From Lama glama (lineage: Eukaryota): a DNA stretch of 64,000 nt. The position numbers and the translations under genes were made by a program. The first letter of the stretch is position 1, and every line of letters starts with the position of its first letter. Below are positions 61,391 to 64,000 of the stretch, in pieces. The DNA lies in assembly GCA_028534125.1 (NCBI GenBank), contig CM052839.1, positions 8,618,001 to 8,682,000 of the forward strand, in the 5' to 3' direction. The notes under the pieces were generated by a model, which saw only the letters and a list, made by a program, of their open reading frames with translations, did not search any database and was not told where the DNA came from.

Positions 61391-62369
61391 GGACAACTGG
61401 CTTCTCCTCTCTACGCAGCCTCAACCCCATCATGAGCCATTCAAGTCCTGCCCTCCCTGCCTTCCACCAGCTCTTGTTTCCAGTTGTTCCTTCTCTAACA
61501 GTCCCAACTTCGCCCTGTGCTCCGGGAAGCTCCAGGAGTTCTCATTCGAGAGACAGTGGTTAGGAACATTCTCCAGAGTGACAAGGAAGTTAACTGAAAA
61601 AGAGTTGCTCTTTACTCACCTTCAGTCATGAAGACTTGCATCCCGATTATACATACAGACACTGAGAACCTGGACTTGAAATGGGGGTGGATGGTCCAAG
61701 GCGACCAACTAAAACCAGTTTTGTTCATGCCTCAGAAGTCTCATCGATGGCCTAAAAAGTCCAGTGTCAGAAGCGACAGGAAGCCTTCCAGCCGTCTTGC
61801 TGATGACCCCAGATTTTGCAACTAGAAATGTATTCCTTTAGTCAGACTGTCTTGTGTTTACACTGCTCGTGTCTGTAGCATGCGATATGTATAGTAATTA
61901 CACTTCTGTTCTTGGGGAGAGCTTCTGGTTGAGGGGGTGGGTGGGAATCACATAATCACAATGAACGCAGGTGGTTTGTCCTGAGGACGTGGGTCACCGT
62001 TGCTGGGAAGCCAGGAGGACCCGGCGAGCCTGCACTGCTCCTTGTTGCCAAGTTCAGCTCCCGAGAAAAGAACCTGTTGGCCCATCTCAGCTGGCCGCCA
62101 CGGGCCGCGGGCTGTGGCCAGCAGTGGGTTGGCTGACCTCTCTGCATGCCCGTCTCATGGGGACTTGAGGGCTGCGATTGTGGGGTATAAACCGCAGCTG
62201 CCTTGGCTCACCCCTCCCCCAGAGCTCCGATCTAACAGATCCCACTTGAAGAGGCTGTAGGCACCCCAGGAAGCATGGCTGGGAGAGCCTCAGTAATGAG
62301 AAAAGCGAATGTTCATGGTGTCCTTACCGTGGTACCGACGCTACCCCCAGCGCACCGTGTACACTACTG

Positions 62370-62480
62370 TTAACCCCACTTCACGGGCGAGGCCCAGACA
62401 GGTTAAGTAGCTGGCTCATAATCACCAGATGGGAAGTGAAGGGGCCAGGATTCTAACCTAAGCAGCGGGCTTAACCATTC
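62370..62480 (-). mobile_element. MIR fragment
   Basis: 'gaggcccagacaggttaagtagctggctca...ggggccaggattctaaccta'. Confidence 0.7.
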
Positions 62481-64000
62481 CTTGCATGTCGTTGACCCCG
62501 CGTGGGGAAAGACAAGAAGATACGGGTCATAAATGGTGAAAGGTGGGGAAGGCAGAATGACCGGGGAGAGGGCCTGAAAGGAAGAGGCGGAGGGCAGTGG
62601 CGGCCCCAGCGTCCGTGGGGCCAGGTCTCTGTTTGGGAATGAGGGGGGCAGCTGTGAGGGTGGGGAGTTCAGCCTGGAAAGTAAGAGCTAAGAGAAGGAA
62701 GTCCCCAGGGATGCTTGCAGTTCGAGCACCAAGGCAGAGACCCAGGAGGTCTGGGTGGGCCACTGGAGTAAAGAGGATGCCTGTGTCGTTGGAACTAAAG
62801 AAGTGGGCGTCATAAACAGACCACTGACTGTAATAGCCAAGTCGTGAAGGTCTGGGGCTTCGTGACCTAGAGACGTTATAAATAAATGGTACTTTAGAAA
62901 ACGTGATTTAAACAAATGGGGATCTCATCCGTAAATTAGTGGAGCTTTTTGGACACGGGTAGAAGCGATGGACAAAGCAAAGGTGGTGTCCGATCCCTTC
63001 TGGAATGCTGGTCAAGACCTTACTGCCACCCAGTCCAGCACGCAGGGGGCGGGTCTGAACAGGAAGGCAGGTCTGTCCTGGAACAAAACCCAGACAGGTT
63101 GAAATGCAAGAGGGTGGAGTGGTGACACTAGGTCAGTCGGCAAGTTTGGTAACTTTAATAAGAAAAGTTACTCTCTTGCCTAACTGACTTGTAGGAAAGT
63201 CTCACAAGCAACTGCTTACATTTCCCTGGAACCAACTTGAGACTGTGGTGATGAAAGGTGTGGGATTCAGTTACCCTAATCTTGTGTTCAGTACCTGAAT
63301 TCTGCGAAAGTGGAAGAACAACACCTCGTATCCAGAGAGCCATCCAGAGGGACCACTTAGAGCGGATCGCAGAGCCTGCCAGACGATACACCGCCTGGAG
63401 CCACTGCCTTGAGGTCGAGCCGCGAGAGCGCGCACCGGCCCCGGTGGCAAGGCTGAGCCGCTCGGGTTTCCAGCGTAAGATACAGGCCGAGCGGGGAATC
63501 GCCAAAGCAGGAAGGCCGCAGGCCAGTTACGCAATTAGCCAAGAGCCTCTGCAGGCCTCCGCGTTTGTTTAGATAAAATTTGAAGTCATCAGCGAGCTCT
63601 TGAACCAGAGCCTGTCTTTGGAAGAAGTCAGACTGACTAAACCTGCCCAGCGCCATGCAGTGTGGCCCTGGGGCTCCCCCCGACCCCACAGGAGCAGCCT
63701 CATTTGTAGGGAGAATGCTGACTGTGCGTGGCCTGACACGGTCCTCACTGGCCGGGGGAAGGTCGCCCTGGCCCTGCATCAGGACTCCCCTCCGCCACCT
63801 TTGAACCTGTAGAGGGGATGCTAATTGGCAGAGACCGGAGCCCAGGAGAGGAGGAGGGCTGTTAGCCTCACCGTTCCAAGAAGATGACCTTTTGGACCCA
63901 GAAAGGAGAACTGTGCTCCGCTTGCCTTTCTTTGAGGCCCTCAGTGTTTCCCACGTATCTCGCTTATCCTCCTGACACCCCTGAGAGGCCCATTTGTTTG

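Larger units (their letters stand above)
50403..63980 (-). pseudogene. Candidate decayed multi-exon gene or spliced antisense transcript (unidentified)
   Basis: Chain of exon-like segments on the minus strand: 63980-63872, 63806-63295, 61821-61620, 59898-~59586, 58345-57974, 57882-57758, 57659-~57492, 56706-56625, 55627-55427, 54911-54769, 52324-52222, 52092-51942 and 50602-50403. Most have canonical AG/GT ends. Frames contain stops and frameshifts, and recognisable old repeats lie only between the segments. No homology was established. Confidence 0.45.

Noticed and set aside
63258-63572. Plus-strand 104-aa ORF as the coding exon
   Set aside because: The donor is weak and the peptide unrecognised. 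It is more simply the antisense shadow of the GC-rich minus-strand frame, though not fully excluded.
1-64000. Prokaryote-type systems (CRISPR arrays, operons, IS elements) and naming a host gene
   Set aside because: The DNA is mammalian with no repeat-spacer arrays, and I found no plus-strand coding exon that would identify a host gene.

Overview
This is mammalian nuclear DNA, not prokaryotic, and is very probably camelid (alpaca, llama or camel). That inference rests on eight copies of a tRNA-Ala(AGC)-derived SINE with an AAAT/CCTAATTACC-type tail (vic-1-like) and a young L1 3' end of the type I associate with camelids. Most of the window is intronic or intergenic: old repeats (MIR, L2, L1M, Tigger1, MER5A, MER45A, MADE2, MLT1, LTR33), microsatellites, two assembly gaps and several repeat-free blocks rich in transcription-factor motifs. 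I recognise no intact known protein-coding gene, and the supplied ORFs look like chance ORFs. The most interesting observation is in the last ~14 kb (50.4-64 kb). There, a chain of about 12 exon-like segments on the minus strand has mostly canonical splice sites, several 65-130 nt introns and partly phase-compatible, protein-like frames interrupted by stops and frameshifts. One acceptor appears dead (AG>AA), and the ancient repeats I recognise lie only in the putative introns. This fits a decayed multi-exon (unitary) pseudogene or a spliced antisense transcript that I cannot name. All repeat family names come from recalled consensus sequences, and repeat boundaries are approximate.
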